The translations under genes were made by a program, and so were the position numbers. From Eledone cirrhosa (Eukaryota), in contig OZ024742.1 of NCBI GenBank assembly GCA_964016885.1, positions 91,078,001 through 91,142,000 on the forward strand: a DNA stretch of 64,000 bases. The letters are read 5' to 3'. Within the stretch, counting starts at the first letter, position 1. Each line of letters begins with the position of its first letter. Below the pieces are notes generated by a model, which was not told the origin of the DNA, did not search any database, and saw nothing but the letters and a program-made list of their open reading frames with translations. Of the stretch, positions 14,270 through 27,208 are shown one piece after another.

Positions 14270-15075
14270 TAAAAGCCTCGCCATCCTGTTCAGACATTTC
14301 CAGTTGTTTGACAGGTACTGACTGGATTTCCCGAATGTGCCAATGTGGACATGGACAAATCGCATCATTCAAAATAATCGACTACACAGACCACAAATTT
14401 GTGATCTGTGCAGTCGAGATAGGCTTCATAGACGGGGGCCAATTGCTGGAAGCTGAATGCGTCGTTTCCAGCACGCTAAGCATACAGAGATTGGATAGGT
14501 GAATTAGTTTAGCTGGCGTTGACGGTAGCAATCGTCAACACTAAATGGTGTTTGGACCTGTAAAGGGCGATTAGAGTAGAATCAATAGGGTTTAGTAAAG
14601 GAGTAGCGATAGAGAAAACTCGACAAGACGATGAGCTAATTAGAATGCTAGAAGAGGCTTTATGAAAGCAACGCAACTGACGTGCTTATGGCCCTCAACT
14701 AATTATTCGACGCAAAGCACGAAGGCTGTGTTGTCAGAGCCAGGGTGCGTACTCTTAGACAGGAGGAGACGAAAGCCGTCCAATGGGTACGAGTGGTGAA
14801 CCACGACGACCGCATGTTATTTGATCCCAAGCAGATGTGTGTGGCTTTTCAGCGCTCAACTTTTCGGGAGCGGGGATGGGCAGGCTCGCGAAATGGAGTT
14901 TAGTAATTACCTCGACGGCCTTTCGCGGTTCTCGACCAAGGAGGTAGAGTGATGTGAAAAACCGATAACAACTTCTGAGATACGAGAAGCAATGACTACG
15001 CACGAGGGACAAATCACCTGGTTTGGATAGTCTGCCCTACGAGCTTTGCGTTTACATGCCAGTTTTATTCGGTTT
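14270..15075 (+). pseudogene. Tx1/L1-clade LINE ORF2 fragment (endonuclease end to pre-RT region)
   Basis: Translates LFDAKHEGCVVRARVR and CEKPITTSEIREAM..KSPGLDSLPYE, the L1/Tx1 KSPGxDG motif, with stops and frameshifts. Confidence 0.7.
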
Positions 15076-15179
15076 TTCTGCAGAAAAAGAACCTGAATAA
15101 GGGGGACCATACTGATAATTTTAGGCCCCCGAGGTAAAAAAAACAATATATATTTATTATTATTATTGGATCGGCTAGG

Positions 15180-16040
15180 GCGGTGGATTGGCAGTATCAG
15201 TAGAGGATCGGACGCCATGCTTTCCAGCATAGTTACGTCCCTTTACGATCTGAGTTCAAATCCCGCCGAGGTTGACTTTGCCTTTCATCCTTACGGGGTC
15301 GATAAAATAAAGTACCAGTAATGCCCTGGGTAATTGCTGGCCTTGTGCCTAAAGTAGAAACAATTATTATTATCATTGGATTGGCAGAGTCGTTGTGGCG
15401 TCAAAAAAATGCATAGCAGTATTTGTTCAGGCACTTTGCTTTCTGAGTTCAAACCCCACCAATGTTTGCTTTACCTTTTATTCTTACAGAGTCGATAAAA
15501 TAAAGTACCAGTTACAAACTGGTGTCTAAATCAGAAACCATTATTATTATTACTATTAGCAGTATCGGTAGAGCACCGGACAACTGGCTTCATGGCATAG
15601 AGTCACGGCCCTTTGCGTTGTGAGTTCAAATCCCGCCGAGGTTAGCTTTGCCTTTCAGTCTTATGTGGTCGATAAAATACTGGGGTCGATTTAACCGACT
15701 TTCCCCTCCCTCAAAATTGCTGGCCTTGCGCCTGCCGAGGTTAACTTTGCCTTTCATCCTTACGGGGCCGATAAAATAAAGTACCAGTAATGTACTGGTG
15801 AATTGCTGGCCTTGTGCCAATTATTATTGGATTGACAGCATCGGTAGAGGGTTGGACGCCATGCTTTCCATCATAAAGTTATGTCTCTTTACGGTCTGAG
15901 TTCAAATGCCGCCGAGGTTAGCTTTCCCTTTCATCCTTACGGGGTCGATAAAATTAAGTACCAGTAACGTACTAGGGTCGATTTAATCGACTTTACCCTC
16001 CTCTAAATTACTGGCTTTGTGCCTATACTAGAAATCATTA
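15180..16040 (+). mobile_element. head-to-tail array of 4-5 tRNA-derived SINE copies separated by (ATT)n tails
   Basis: Repeated ggattggcag..gagttcaaatcccgccgagg..ctggccttgtgcc..gaaacaattattatt units. Confidence 0.85.
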
Positions 16041-16270
16041 TTGTTGTTGTTGTTGCTGTTATTGTTGATGATGTTGTTGTTGGTGCTGCTAATTTTGTTT
16101 GCTTGTTTATAGCTATATTTATGAAATAAAATTGCAACCACCGAATATTGGAAAGAAAAGTCGAAGGAAAGAACGGAGTAAAATATTACTTTTAATTTAA
16201 TATAACACAAACATTGAGATTCTAGTAAAGTGTTCCAGTCTTTGTCAATGTGTATAACTGTGTATAACTA

Positions 16271-16301
<31 letters not shown>

Positions 16302-16387
16302 CTGTGTGTGTCTGTGTATTTCTGTATGCGCGTTTGTATGTGTGGTTGTCTGGATGCTTGTGTAAGTGTTTCTACGTGTACTTTCCG

Positions 16388-16439
<52 letters not shown>

Positions 16440-16444
<5 letters not shown>

Positions 16445-16510
16445 AGTAAGTATGTTTTGAAACAGTGAGCGAGTTTGAAATTAGAAAATATATAGCTTTC
16501 ACGGTGAAAG

Positions 16511-16573
<63 letters not shown>

Positions 16574-16706
16574 AGAAATGTAAGCTATCGCCGTATTTTG
16601 ACTAAAGAAATGAAAGAAATTATTTCTTTAGTCAAAATACGGCGATAGCTTACATTTCTAATAATTTCTAACCCACTCGCTGTTTCGAAAATATTCTTAC
16701 TTGATA
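16440..16706. repeat. nested inverted repeats around a (TA)n tract
   Basis: Perfect ~43-bp hairpin at 16569-16664 with a 10-nt loop, plus outer arms 16440-16483 / 16662-16706. Confidence 0.85.
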
Positions 16707-17165
16707 TATATATATATATGATGGTGTTTTTGTGTGCTCGTGTCTGTGTGCGCGGAGGTGACAGTGAGCGCTTGTATGCTTTTCTGCATATATATTTGTA
16801 TGTTTTATATCGTTGGTGTTCGTGTGTCTCCCGGTTTATTTATGCATACTTGTGAGTGTGCATGTATATTTGTATGTGGTTGAATGCCTTCATGTTTGGG
16901 TGGACATTTGCGTGTGTTTCTGCGTACAAGTTCATGTAAGGTATAGTTTTGCGTGTGTGAATGTATGTAGTAGTGTGCATGTTTTTATGTAAACGTGAGC
17001 ATATGTATATGCGCGTATATACATGGATAATTATATGCACGTATAGTGCGAACATGTGTGAGTGTGTGGGTGTGCGTATGTTTGTCTAAACTTACGCTCA
17101 TATGCAGCTGTGTTAGTGTGTGTCTGTGTATCTATGCAACGGTGAGAGTGCACATGCGTGTAAGC

Positions 17166-17196
<31 letters not shown>

Positions 17197-17235
17197 CGTG
17201 TGTGTGTGTGTGTGTGGGTGTGTGTGTGTGTGTGG

Positions 17236-17267
<32 letters not shown>

Positions 17268-17290
17268 GTGTGTGTGTGTGTGTGTGCGTG

Positions 17291-17367
<77 letters not shown>

Positions 17368-18496
17368 AATTCTAGAGGATTTGGGTGTTTTTGTTCTCAG
17401 TCATTTCAATGTAAAATATTTCACACGGAACAGGAGTGAAGCCAGCCATCTTAGAAAACGTTAGGAAAGGTAGAATTGACTAGCGGATATGCTGGAGGCA
17501 ATACATCGAAGCGTGTTCAAACAACAGCCAAACCTTGTTGAAGTAAATTATAGAGAAACGAAACGAAACAGTTTCTTTTGAGGTGCACATTGATTATTAT
17601 TATCATTTATTCTACTTCTTCACTTCATTCAATAATATATCACCCTACCAGATTTCAACTTTCATATAAAGAAATTATTGAAGCGAATAATTAATATCGG
17701 AAGTTAGAGAGAATTAATTTAGATTCCTTTCTAGTGTGTGAAATCAGTCAGAAATAGAAGGTGTATATAACTTAAAGGTATATTTTTCTTGTTAAAAGAG
17801 AGTGGGGGGAGAGGGTGGGAGGGGAATGGTAGTTAATTTGGCGGTTTTAAAGTCAAGATGGGTTATCAATGTTAACTTTCTGAGACTGAACTACTGTCAC
17901 TACTTTCCTCGGATTCCACTGTTTTATTACGGCGGTACATTCTTCTTCTTCTTCTTCTTCTTCTTCTTCTTCTTCTTCTTCTTCTTCTTCTTCTTCTTCT
18001 TCTTCTTCTTCTTCTTCTTCTTCTTCTTCTTCTTCTTCTTCCAAATATCTATATATCTATAAATCCAGCTCTCTGCCTTCTCTTTCTCCCCATCTAGCTT
18101 CTCCCTCTCCCTATGCATACATGTGGGTGGTTCCATTTATATCACTAGTTAGGATGTGTACTTTCCCCATCATCTCCGAATTTGTAGGTATTTTCTTTTA
18201 TTTTGAGATTTAACTTATAGTAAGTTTTTTTTTACGGGGTTCTTTACACAAATGCCCATAAGAAACTTATTTCTTTTTTTTTCCCCATTGTTTTCATTGA
18301 GATTTTGTTTTAAAATAAACAAATACTATGCTTGAGGACAACAATTTGTAAATATAAACGGTAGATCTAGTGAAAACTTGTCTAAATTAGTTTGACATTA
18401 ACAGTTCACTGTAGTAACTGATCACATTATAAACGTTAGCTTTCTTAGCAAATACATGCAGGTCTTCTACACGTGCCAACTAGTTCGTATTATTCA

Positions 18497-18665
18497 GTGG
18501 ATTGGCTCTATCAGTAGAGGGTCTGACGCCATGCTTTGCAGCAAAAAGTTACGGTCCTTTATGATCTGAGTTTGCCTTTCATCCTTACAGGGTCGATAAA
18601 ATAAAGCACCAGTAATGCACTGGGATAATTGCTGGCCTTGTGCCAAAAGTAGAAACAATTATTCA
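18497..18665 (+). mobile_element. tRNA-derived SINE copy
   Basis: Same head and core as the 15180 array. Confidence 0.75.
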
Positions 18666-18869
18666 ACTTAATGGCAGTGAGTGGGTTTTCTATGTATTGT
18701 TATATTGGTCTTGACAGACATCTTGCATTTTCTTTAACAATATTCTCTACTCATTGGACACATTTTCTCCAAATGAACGAGACAAATCAACCTCATCATT
18801 TTCTACCACTTGTTCAAATCCTAAATCATTTCCCAGCACCGCAATATCTCTGGAAATTTGAAGTATACT

Positions 18870-19295
18870 TTATCTTTGTGGAAAACCTGTAAAGTCACAG
18901 ATACAGTCTTATCACGGGATAATCTTCCTCCCATGATATCATCAGTATCCACAATGTTGAACGTTTCCTAGAAGTCTCTAATTGTAGGTATATTCTGCAC
19001 ATCAATTGCTTTTATGTGATGTTCAAAATATTGCCCAAATATGTCTTGAAGTTAGCTAATACACCTTGATCCTTTGGCCAAAGAAAGAGGTTTTGGGGGA
19101 TATATTCTGCTCGCACATCACCAGAAAAGCCATTTATGTTCGATTAGAAGTTTCGCGCATTGTCTAAAAGGAGCAACTAAAAATATTACGTTTAGAAATC
19201 TCCCTTTCAATAGCAGAGCAAAAAGTTTTTTAAATCAGTCCTAGAAAAAACACTTAATCACTCATGTCTTTTTATTTGAATGTCAATCGCAGGTC
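18870..19295 (-). pseudogene. Tigger/pogo DDE transposase remnant
   Basis: Minus strand translates LLLLDNA..and DQGVLANFKTY, matching the DDE_1 motifs LLLDNAxxH and QPxDQGVIxxFK. Many stops. Confidence 0.7.
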
Positions 19296-19552
19296 GAGTA
19301 AACGTAGCATATCCATAGTATCAGCATGAGCTTCGACTACTTTGATGTTGTGCATAGCATACTTTTCTGACCAACAAAGATTTAGTTTTGTATTAGATGT
19401 TGCACTTTCTTTTTTTCGCAAAATCGGGATACAAACTTTTACTTTGCTTGAATTACTTTCATATTTATCGACTCATTACTTTCAATCTGATAGTCGATGT
19501 ACACAGGCAAAGACCGTACCATACTAAGCATTAAATCGGATCTATGAAAATT

Positions 19553-19735
19553 AATTGTTTCTACTTTTCGCACAAGGCCAGCAATTACCTAGTACATTAC
19601 TGGTACTTTATTTTATCGACCCCGTAAGGATGAAAGGCAAAGTTAACCTCTGCGGGATTTGAACTCAGAATGGAAAGGGCCGTAACTCTATGCGTCAAAG
19701 CATGGCGTCCGACCCTCTACCGATACTGCCAATCC
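19553..19735 (-). mobile_element. tRNA-derived SINE copy
   Basis: Reverse complement of the family consensus. Confidence 0.8.
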
Positions 19736-20082
19736 ATTCGAGCACACACACACATACATGTATATAACTGGCATTTCGTCGTTTACGACATTGAGTTAAA
19801 TTAATGTGCAATTAGCAAAGCATTCCACAGATTGGCGTACCCTTAACGTAGTTCACAGCCAGATTCAGCGTGTTACACAATGTGACAAGGCTATCCCTTC
19901 GAATAACAGGTATCACACGTTTATGCCAGCTGAATGTACTGGTGCAATGGAAAAAAAAGTGTTTTACTCCAGGAAAAAATGCGCCGCTGCTTAAGATTAG
20001 GGTATTCAGCTAACGTGAATTTGATATGATACTCGGGAGCGCATTGTTTTCTTAAGGGTACGTGTATCTGTGGAATGCTCAC

Positions 20083-20208
<126 letters not shown>

Positions 20209-20408
20209 TCAAAGTGGACATAAACAGTAAAAAAAAAACCGAAGACAACGAGAAGATAATGTGAAAATACAGGGAAAGAATAAAGCGAAGAGCAATCATG
20301 CACAAAGAACTTCCCAGTATCTCCTATCTATCGTTGGATATCATCGCAGTTTCACGAGAATATATGTATGTATATATATATATATATACATATACATCTA
20401 CATACACG

Positions 20409-20464
<56 letters not shown>

Positions 20465-20482
20465 AGTATATGTACAACATAT

Positions 20483-20553
<71 letters not shown>

Positions 20554-20567
20554 CATCTACATACACG

Positions 20568-20621
<54 letters not shown>

Positions 20622-21346
20622 AGTATATGTACAACATATGGATATATATATATATATGTGTGTGTGTGTGTTTGTTTGTACGTGTGTGTGTGTATTAATG
20701 GACATACGTACAGATATTTATTTATTCTTTTATTTACTGTAAGGCTCTTTGTGAAATACTGAAATCAGAAAGAACTTCAAGTGGCATTTTTGCGATTGTT
20801 CCCTTTCCGTAACATTTTTCACAAGACAGTACAACCACTCTGAACTTAGTTAATTGCACCATGTCTGCAAAAATTGAAATGTAAACCAATCTCAGTATGA
20901 TACTCCTTGAAGTTCTTCAGATAAACAGGTAACCAGCCCCTTTCGCTGGGGGCCATCAAGAAATATCGGAAACTCATCCAGAGATACTTTCAAATAAAAA
21001 TTCGCCAGAAGAAAGGAAGGTCAGATGATTGTGGGTAAGGTGGTAGAGATCAGTTGGTGTCATAAGTACGTCGACTCTTACCGGTTATATTCGGTTCGGT
21101 CTGGTTGCGATGTTTGGGGCGGAAGAAAATTACTTACTTAAGTGCGATTGTATTATTTCTATTTTATTCACTGCGATATTATTATATTATATATTTCTGC
21201 TTTTCTTTCTTTCTTTCCAAAAATCTTTTTAGATATTCTTTTTATTTATTTATTTTTTTTTTTTTTGGTATTGTTTATATATGATTTTACTTTTTTTTCG
21301 TGTTTTGCATTCTATTTATTCTAAATTATTCTATTTTGCTCAAGTG

Positions 21347-21399
<53 letters not shown>

Positions 21400-21852
21400 A
21401 TACATCTATCAATTAATCTATTTATCTATCAATCTATCTATCTATCTATCGCTACGTATGTATGTATGCATGTATGTATATATGTATGTATATATAAATG
21501 AGCATTTCCCTTTTGTTTTATGTCATTAATTCTTTCCTCCATTTCTTACTTTACCTCTTATTGTTGCTGTCTTTTGCGTTGCTTCGGCTGATACACTCTC
21601 TCATCCTCACTCTCCCCCCTATTCCACCTCTCTAACTCATGTTACACTATATAATTTGTCATAGTAACCGTACAAGAAATAACCAATTAATAGACAAGAA
21701 CATTTCTCGTACGGGAAGAAATATCCAACTAACAGATGGAAATTTCTAAATACAGAATAATTTGTCGTGAAGAAAGTTTTAGAAAGGACACAACAAAGAG
21801 AAACAGAAGTTAGGAAAGAAATATACATAAATACACACACGCACACACACAT

Positions 21853-21891
<39 letters not shown>

Positions 21892-21932
21892 CATATATTG
21901 CACAAGGAACACGGTATATTGTATATATACCA

Positions 21933-22733
21933 CATACATATTCTGTAGTAGAATATGTACACGGGTGGAATCAAAAGTGAAACCCTATAGCGCTATTTCA
22001 TACATGGAAAATATGGCTAAAAATCGATCCCTGTCATCGATCATCGAAAAAAAATTAATCGATATATTCAATCATCGGAGACAAACTATTGATTATGATT
22101 AAACCACATGAGACTCAGATACTCATCGGAGGTCTAGTCTCACCATTCTAAGGGAAATATAAAATGAAGATGGCAAATAAATCAATTTACCTGGGAATAT
22201 CCACAGCTATGTCCAACGCGACCACCATGCTAAGAAGCACATGGTAAAATATGTTAGACCAGAGGCAAATAAATATCCACAAGGTGGACGATAACTCCGC
22301 TAGAAATAGGAGCGGTAATTATAGCCATCGAGCTCAACAAGTTAAGAGGTTTGGAGACATTAAATACAAATAATGAATCAAAACATATCAAATATGTTTA
22401 GAATTTTCTGTTTCTCAATAGACTTTATCTAGAGCCATAATGACCAAATAAAGAGATATATGTATATATATATAGAGAGAGAAACAGCCATATATCCCAT
22501 AAGAAACACGGTGTAATGTATATAATCCAAATACATATTCTATGGAAGAATAGTACCTGAGTCTCATGTGGTTTAATCATAATCGATAGTTTGTCTTCGA
22601 TATTGATTAATTTGTTTTCGATGATCGATTACATAGATCGATTTGTATAAATGCTCTCCAGGTATGAAATATAGCGCTATAAGGTTTCATTTATGATTCT
22701 ACCTCTGTACATATTCTTCTATAGAATATGTAT
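21933..22733. mobile_element. PLE-like fold-back element: ~190-bp inverted arms with a degenerate HHR
   Basis: Arms ~21933-22123 / 22553-22733. Minus strand reads agacct CCGATGA gtatctg..catgtat GAAA tagcgcta TA gggttt (long stem II insert, palindromic stem III). Confidence 0.65.
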
Positions 22734-23034
22734 CGGTTAATCCTCTGCTCCTAAAATGGAATCATTTACACCAGCTAAATATATCAAGAAAAAGCAGGAT
22801 CGTATTGTAATAAGAAAGAGTTATGCCCGTTAGTTTAGATATATAACATCAAGTCGGTCTTCTAGATATGAAATCGTCGAGATATTTGGAAGTTTTTCTT
22901 GAAACTGCTTTCCTATATTTTTGTATATTTTTATGAATCCTCTGAAGTTACAAGATTGAGTAAGAAGGTTAAAAGTAAATTCCACAAGTCAGTGCTTAGA
23001 TTCTAATATATAGATACATCTCTATATATAAATA

Positions 23035-23582
23035 ATTATTTCTACTTTTGGCACAAGGCCAGCAATTGTCCTAGTGTATTACTGGTGCTTTATTTTATCA
23101 ACCCCGTAAGGATGAAAGGCAAAGTTAACCTCGTCGGGATTTGAACTCAGATCATAAAGGGCCGTATGATCTGAGTTCAAATCCCGCTGAGGTTAACTTT
23201 GCCTTTCATCCTTACGGGGTCGATAAAATATATAATGGAGCTACATCAAGTCTTTGGCCATTTCCTTTTATTCATCTTTTTCCTGTTGAAACAATTCTTA
23301 GAAAAAGAAAATGTATTAAATTTTTTCATCTTGCTTATCAATCCATTATTATTGGTGTGTTCGTGCGATGGACTGGCATACTTATTAAAGCGTCGGACAA
23401 CATGCTTCTTGGCATAAAGTTCCGTCCCTTTATGTTCTCGGTTCAAATCTCGCCGAAGTTAGTTTTGCCTTCCATCACTAGAGGGTCGATAAAATAAAGT
23501 ATCAATAACGCACTGGGGTCGATTTCATTGAACCCCCCACCCCTCATATTGTTGGCCTTGCGCCTGAATCAAAAACCATTAT
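23035..23582. mobile_element. cluster of tRNA-derived SINEs (inverted pair 23035-23230 plus a + copy 23370-23582)
   Basis: The family core occurs on both strands. Confidence 0.75.
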
Positions 23583-23992
23583 TTAAGTGCTCTGGGATTT
23601 GTCTGCTCGAAGTTTATTTCGTTATTCCGTACCGATAATCTTTATTTATTTATTTATAGTTGAAACAAACTGAGCTCGAAATTTTGTTAGCATAACTTTA
23701 TTCAGCTTATATTGGGTCAAGTATGAAATTTGTAGAAATTCGTAGAAGAAAAAAGAAATTTCTACAAATTTCATAATTGACGACACAATATTTTACCCTT
23801 GTTATAAATATATATCATACATAAGTTTATTTGTCACTGATATACGGAAGCAGCTCAATTAAAAGATAGCTAAAATTATCTATTCAGAGACGAGTACACA
23901 TATAGAGTAAACATCACAAAGTTAGCAAAGAATAGATTCCTAGTTAACTAACCTAAAGTAAGACAGCTACACCTATAATCTCATATATATAA

Positions 23993-24096
<104 letters not shown>

Positions 24097-24182
24097 GTGT
24101 GTGTGTGTGTGCGTGCGTGTGTGCGTGCGTGTGTGCGTGTGTGCGTGTGTGTGTGTGTGTGTAGGTATAATATATATATATA

Positions 24183-24442
24183 AAAGTCTAAAGTCTGTCT
24201 TAAGCCAGAAGGCTCATTTGGCCGGTCTTTATCCCGGTTTCATGACTCCCCCCTGGACAGGACGCCAGTCCATCGCAGGGTCAAACCTCCAGCTATTACT
24301 GGTACTCATTTTCAGGTGAGTATACTGGAGCAACGTGAAATGAAGTGTTTTGTTCAAGAACACAATACGCAACCCAGGAATCGAGCCCACGACATTATGA
24401 TCGTAAGTCCAACACACTTACCACTAGGCCACGTGCCTCCAC
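24183..24442 (-). mobile_element. tRNA-derived SINE with Meta-like and V-like central domains
   Basis: Head gtggaggcacgtggcctagtggtaag..gggctcgattcct, then ttgtgttcttgaacaaaacact and cctgcgatggactggcgtcctgtccagggg. Confidence 0.75.
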
Positions 24443-24454
24443 ATATATATATAT

Positions 24455-25283
24455 GGCCCTTACCAACTCCACTAGAACCCCTAGAAGGAATAGACCTAGA
24501 AATATCACCTGGCTTAACCCCCCATTCTCATCTAATCTAGCCACTAATATCCCTAAACGCTTCTTCTATATCCTATCTAAACATCCCCCCCCCTCCCCAA
24601 CTATAGATATTAAAAATAACATTAAAATCTCATTCTCCACAACACCTAACCTAGCTAGCCACATCGCATTTAGTAACCATCATAAACTAAGACAGTATAA
24701 CTCCCACACCGCGGTACCACCACCCCTATCAAATACACCACGCCACTACACCAATAATTACTCTAGTAGCACACCTCCCCCATCTAATCCTTCTAGCACT
24801 GACCAACCGCTTAGGTTAAACTACCCTACTCTCACTAACCGCAGAAGCAACTGCAACTGCCGTTACCCTAATGCATGCCCATTAAATGGACACTGCCTGA
24901 CACCCAACATAGTCTATAGGTGCACGGTTAAAACTGCTTGGAATAACAGCTCTTATATCGCGTCTACCTCTAACTCTTTTAAAGTACGCTATAACGCGCA
25001 CTCTTTTTCCTTCCGAGACCCTAGCAACAGATGTTCGGCATCTCTAGGTAGGCTCATTAAAAACCTTAAATTAAGCAACATTGAACACTCACTAACATGG
25101 GATATCGTAGCTAGGGCCCAACCGTTCAATGGACGAAGAAAATCTTGTGATCTCTGTATTACCGAAGCATATTACATAACTAGATCACTACCTCTACCGA
25201 TTAACGATAGAACGGAGGTAACTATTAGCTGTCAACATCGAAGGGCTAATTCCTTCGCCAATAGAATATTTGACCCAACATAG
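24455..25283 (+). CDS. Penelope-like element C-terminal ORF (RT thumb, Zn linker, GIY-YIG endonuclease; possibly Naiad-type), 5'-truncated
   Basis: RNITWLNPPFS, CNCR..CPLNGHCL..NIVY..YIAST..FKVRYNAH..W.IVARAQPF..CDLCITE..INDRTE..CQH. Confidence 0.85.
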
Positions 25284-25652
25284 TCATCTAGCCCCATTTT
25301 TACTTGTAGCTAATAAGTTAAATAGCTATAACTAACTTAGATAATTATAAGTTACCTCCCCTACATTGTCTCTCAATTAAAACATTTTAAAATTAGCACT
25401 TAACTATAAACTACCCACAATTTCTAATCTCTCGAGGAGTTACTTCCCCTGAAACCACCATCTAATTAGTAAGGTAAATATGTCCTTTTGCGGCCATCTT
25501 ATTACCCATAGGCAGATATCACACAATGCAGCCTCGACAGATGAATACTGCTTGATTATGGCTGACAACTGATACAACCAGGACACCATAGTGAAATACC
25601 AATATATGGAACATTACATTATGTAACATTCTCTCCTTATTTTAATTTATAT

Positions 25653-25782
25653 TCCTTTGAAGTTCCGATGAGCCGCTCTGTTTTTAAATATGTTAATTAT
25701 TTTCAACTGAACCAGATCAATAATGATATATAGTCATTTGATCCAGAAATATTATATGGAGTAGCGAAACAATTGTAAAGGA
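25653..25782 (+). ncRNA. degenerate HHR in the 3' pseudo-LTR of the PLE
   Basis: CCGATGA gccgctc..gagtagc GAAAC aatt GTA aagga with palindromic stem III acaattgt, lying downstream of the GIY-YIG ORF. Confidence 0.6.
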
Positions 25783-26079
25783 CATTATTAATATTATTAT
25801 TATTATTCTCTACATTCCTTACATCAAACTAAAATATGCTGACAACCTTTTAATAATATCTTCCTTGTGAAATTTGTGGTCTTGTTTTGCTTAACTAATG
25901 AATATTTCCAGCTCTGCGCGCCTAACTTCTGCATGAACCCAGCCACCTACCTGCTTTCTACTGCATATTGCACATTGAGCACATGCCTTTACGCTTTGGC
26001 TTCTAACTAATTCACCAATCTCTCCTCTCCTATCTCCTCTCCTATCTCCATCTCTCTCTTTAAGATTGGTTACTCTTGA

Positions 26080-26163
<84 letters not shown>

Positions 26164-26335
26164 TAAATTTAGTCCTTCATCAGTGATCTTCCAGCCTTCA
26201 TTGGTATTTCATCGCTTTAAAGACCATATACCACCGGTTGGTGCGAGCAACGGCTAAAGAAAGTCGTTGGGACACGTAAATAAGCGGAACGAACGAGACT
26301 GTAAACAATCAAAGATGGTAATGCAACGAAAAGTG

Positions 26336-26600
26336 AGGAAGAAGGAGTCAAGTCCCTGAAATCGATGAATATAAGTTCTGTGAAATCGTGGACGAGAGAG
26401 AATAAAGACGATCAAACCTGGTCGAAATGTGAGTAAGAAAAGAATTTCGCACAGGTCGAACGGGGGGGGGGGAAGAAGGAGTTAAGTCCCTGAAATCGGT
26501 GAACATAAGTTCTGTGAAATCGTAGACGAGAGAGAAGAAAGAACAATCGTCCTGGTCAAAGTGTGCGTGAGGAAAGAATTTCGCACAGGTCAAACGAGAG
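26336..26600. repeat. two diverged ~134-bp tandem units
   Basis: gaagaaggagt(c/t)aagtccctgaaatcg..gaatttcgcacaggtc occurs twice. Confidence 0.8.
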
Positions 26601-27175
26601 GAGGTAGGAGAGGGAGTAGCAGTGAGTCAGTGAAAGGTGAGGACGAGGCTAACAGATATATATATATTTATTATACATACACATATATATGCGAGCACAT
26701 CAGGTAAAATACCTTTTCAATAAATATCTTATTAAACTAATACGTACATATACGCCATAATTATTTGCACACAATATTTGTTTGTAATTTGAACCAGTTT
26801 TCCTAATATCTTAACTACTTAATGTCCTGCAAATCTAATTTTCTGAAATATTTGTTAATTTTCAAACTCATACATATCATAGACATATTCGCACAATAGC
26901 GCTAGAGAATGTCACACTAAAGGTGGTCATATTTCGGAAGCTATTATTGGTATGTAGAAAGGCCAATATGGCTGTGTATGTGAGTGTGGTGATAAGGTAG
27001 TGCAGAGTTGATGTTATAGACACACTCCCTTCTTCCTCTACAATACCATCATTATCATCATCATCATCGCCATCATCGTCATCGTCGTCGTCGTCGTTGT
27101 CGTCATCATCGTTATCGTTGTCTTCATTGACGTCGTCACCATCATCACTAGCATCATCATCATCATCATCATCAT

Positions 27176-27208
<33 letters not shown>

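Noticed and set aside
15180-16040. Regular repeats resembling a CRISPR array
   Set aside because: The units are long, diverged SINE copies with no unique spacers or cas genes, in a eukaryotic context.
20770-20925. CTGAAGA followed by a paired stem on the minus strand
   Set aside because: There is no GAAA after the stem, so it is not a hammerhead.
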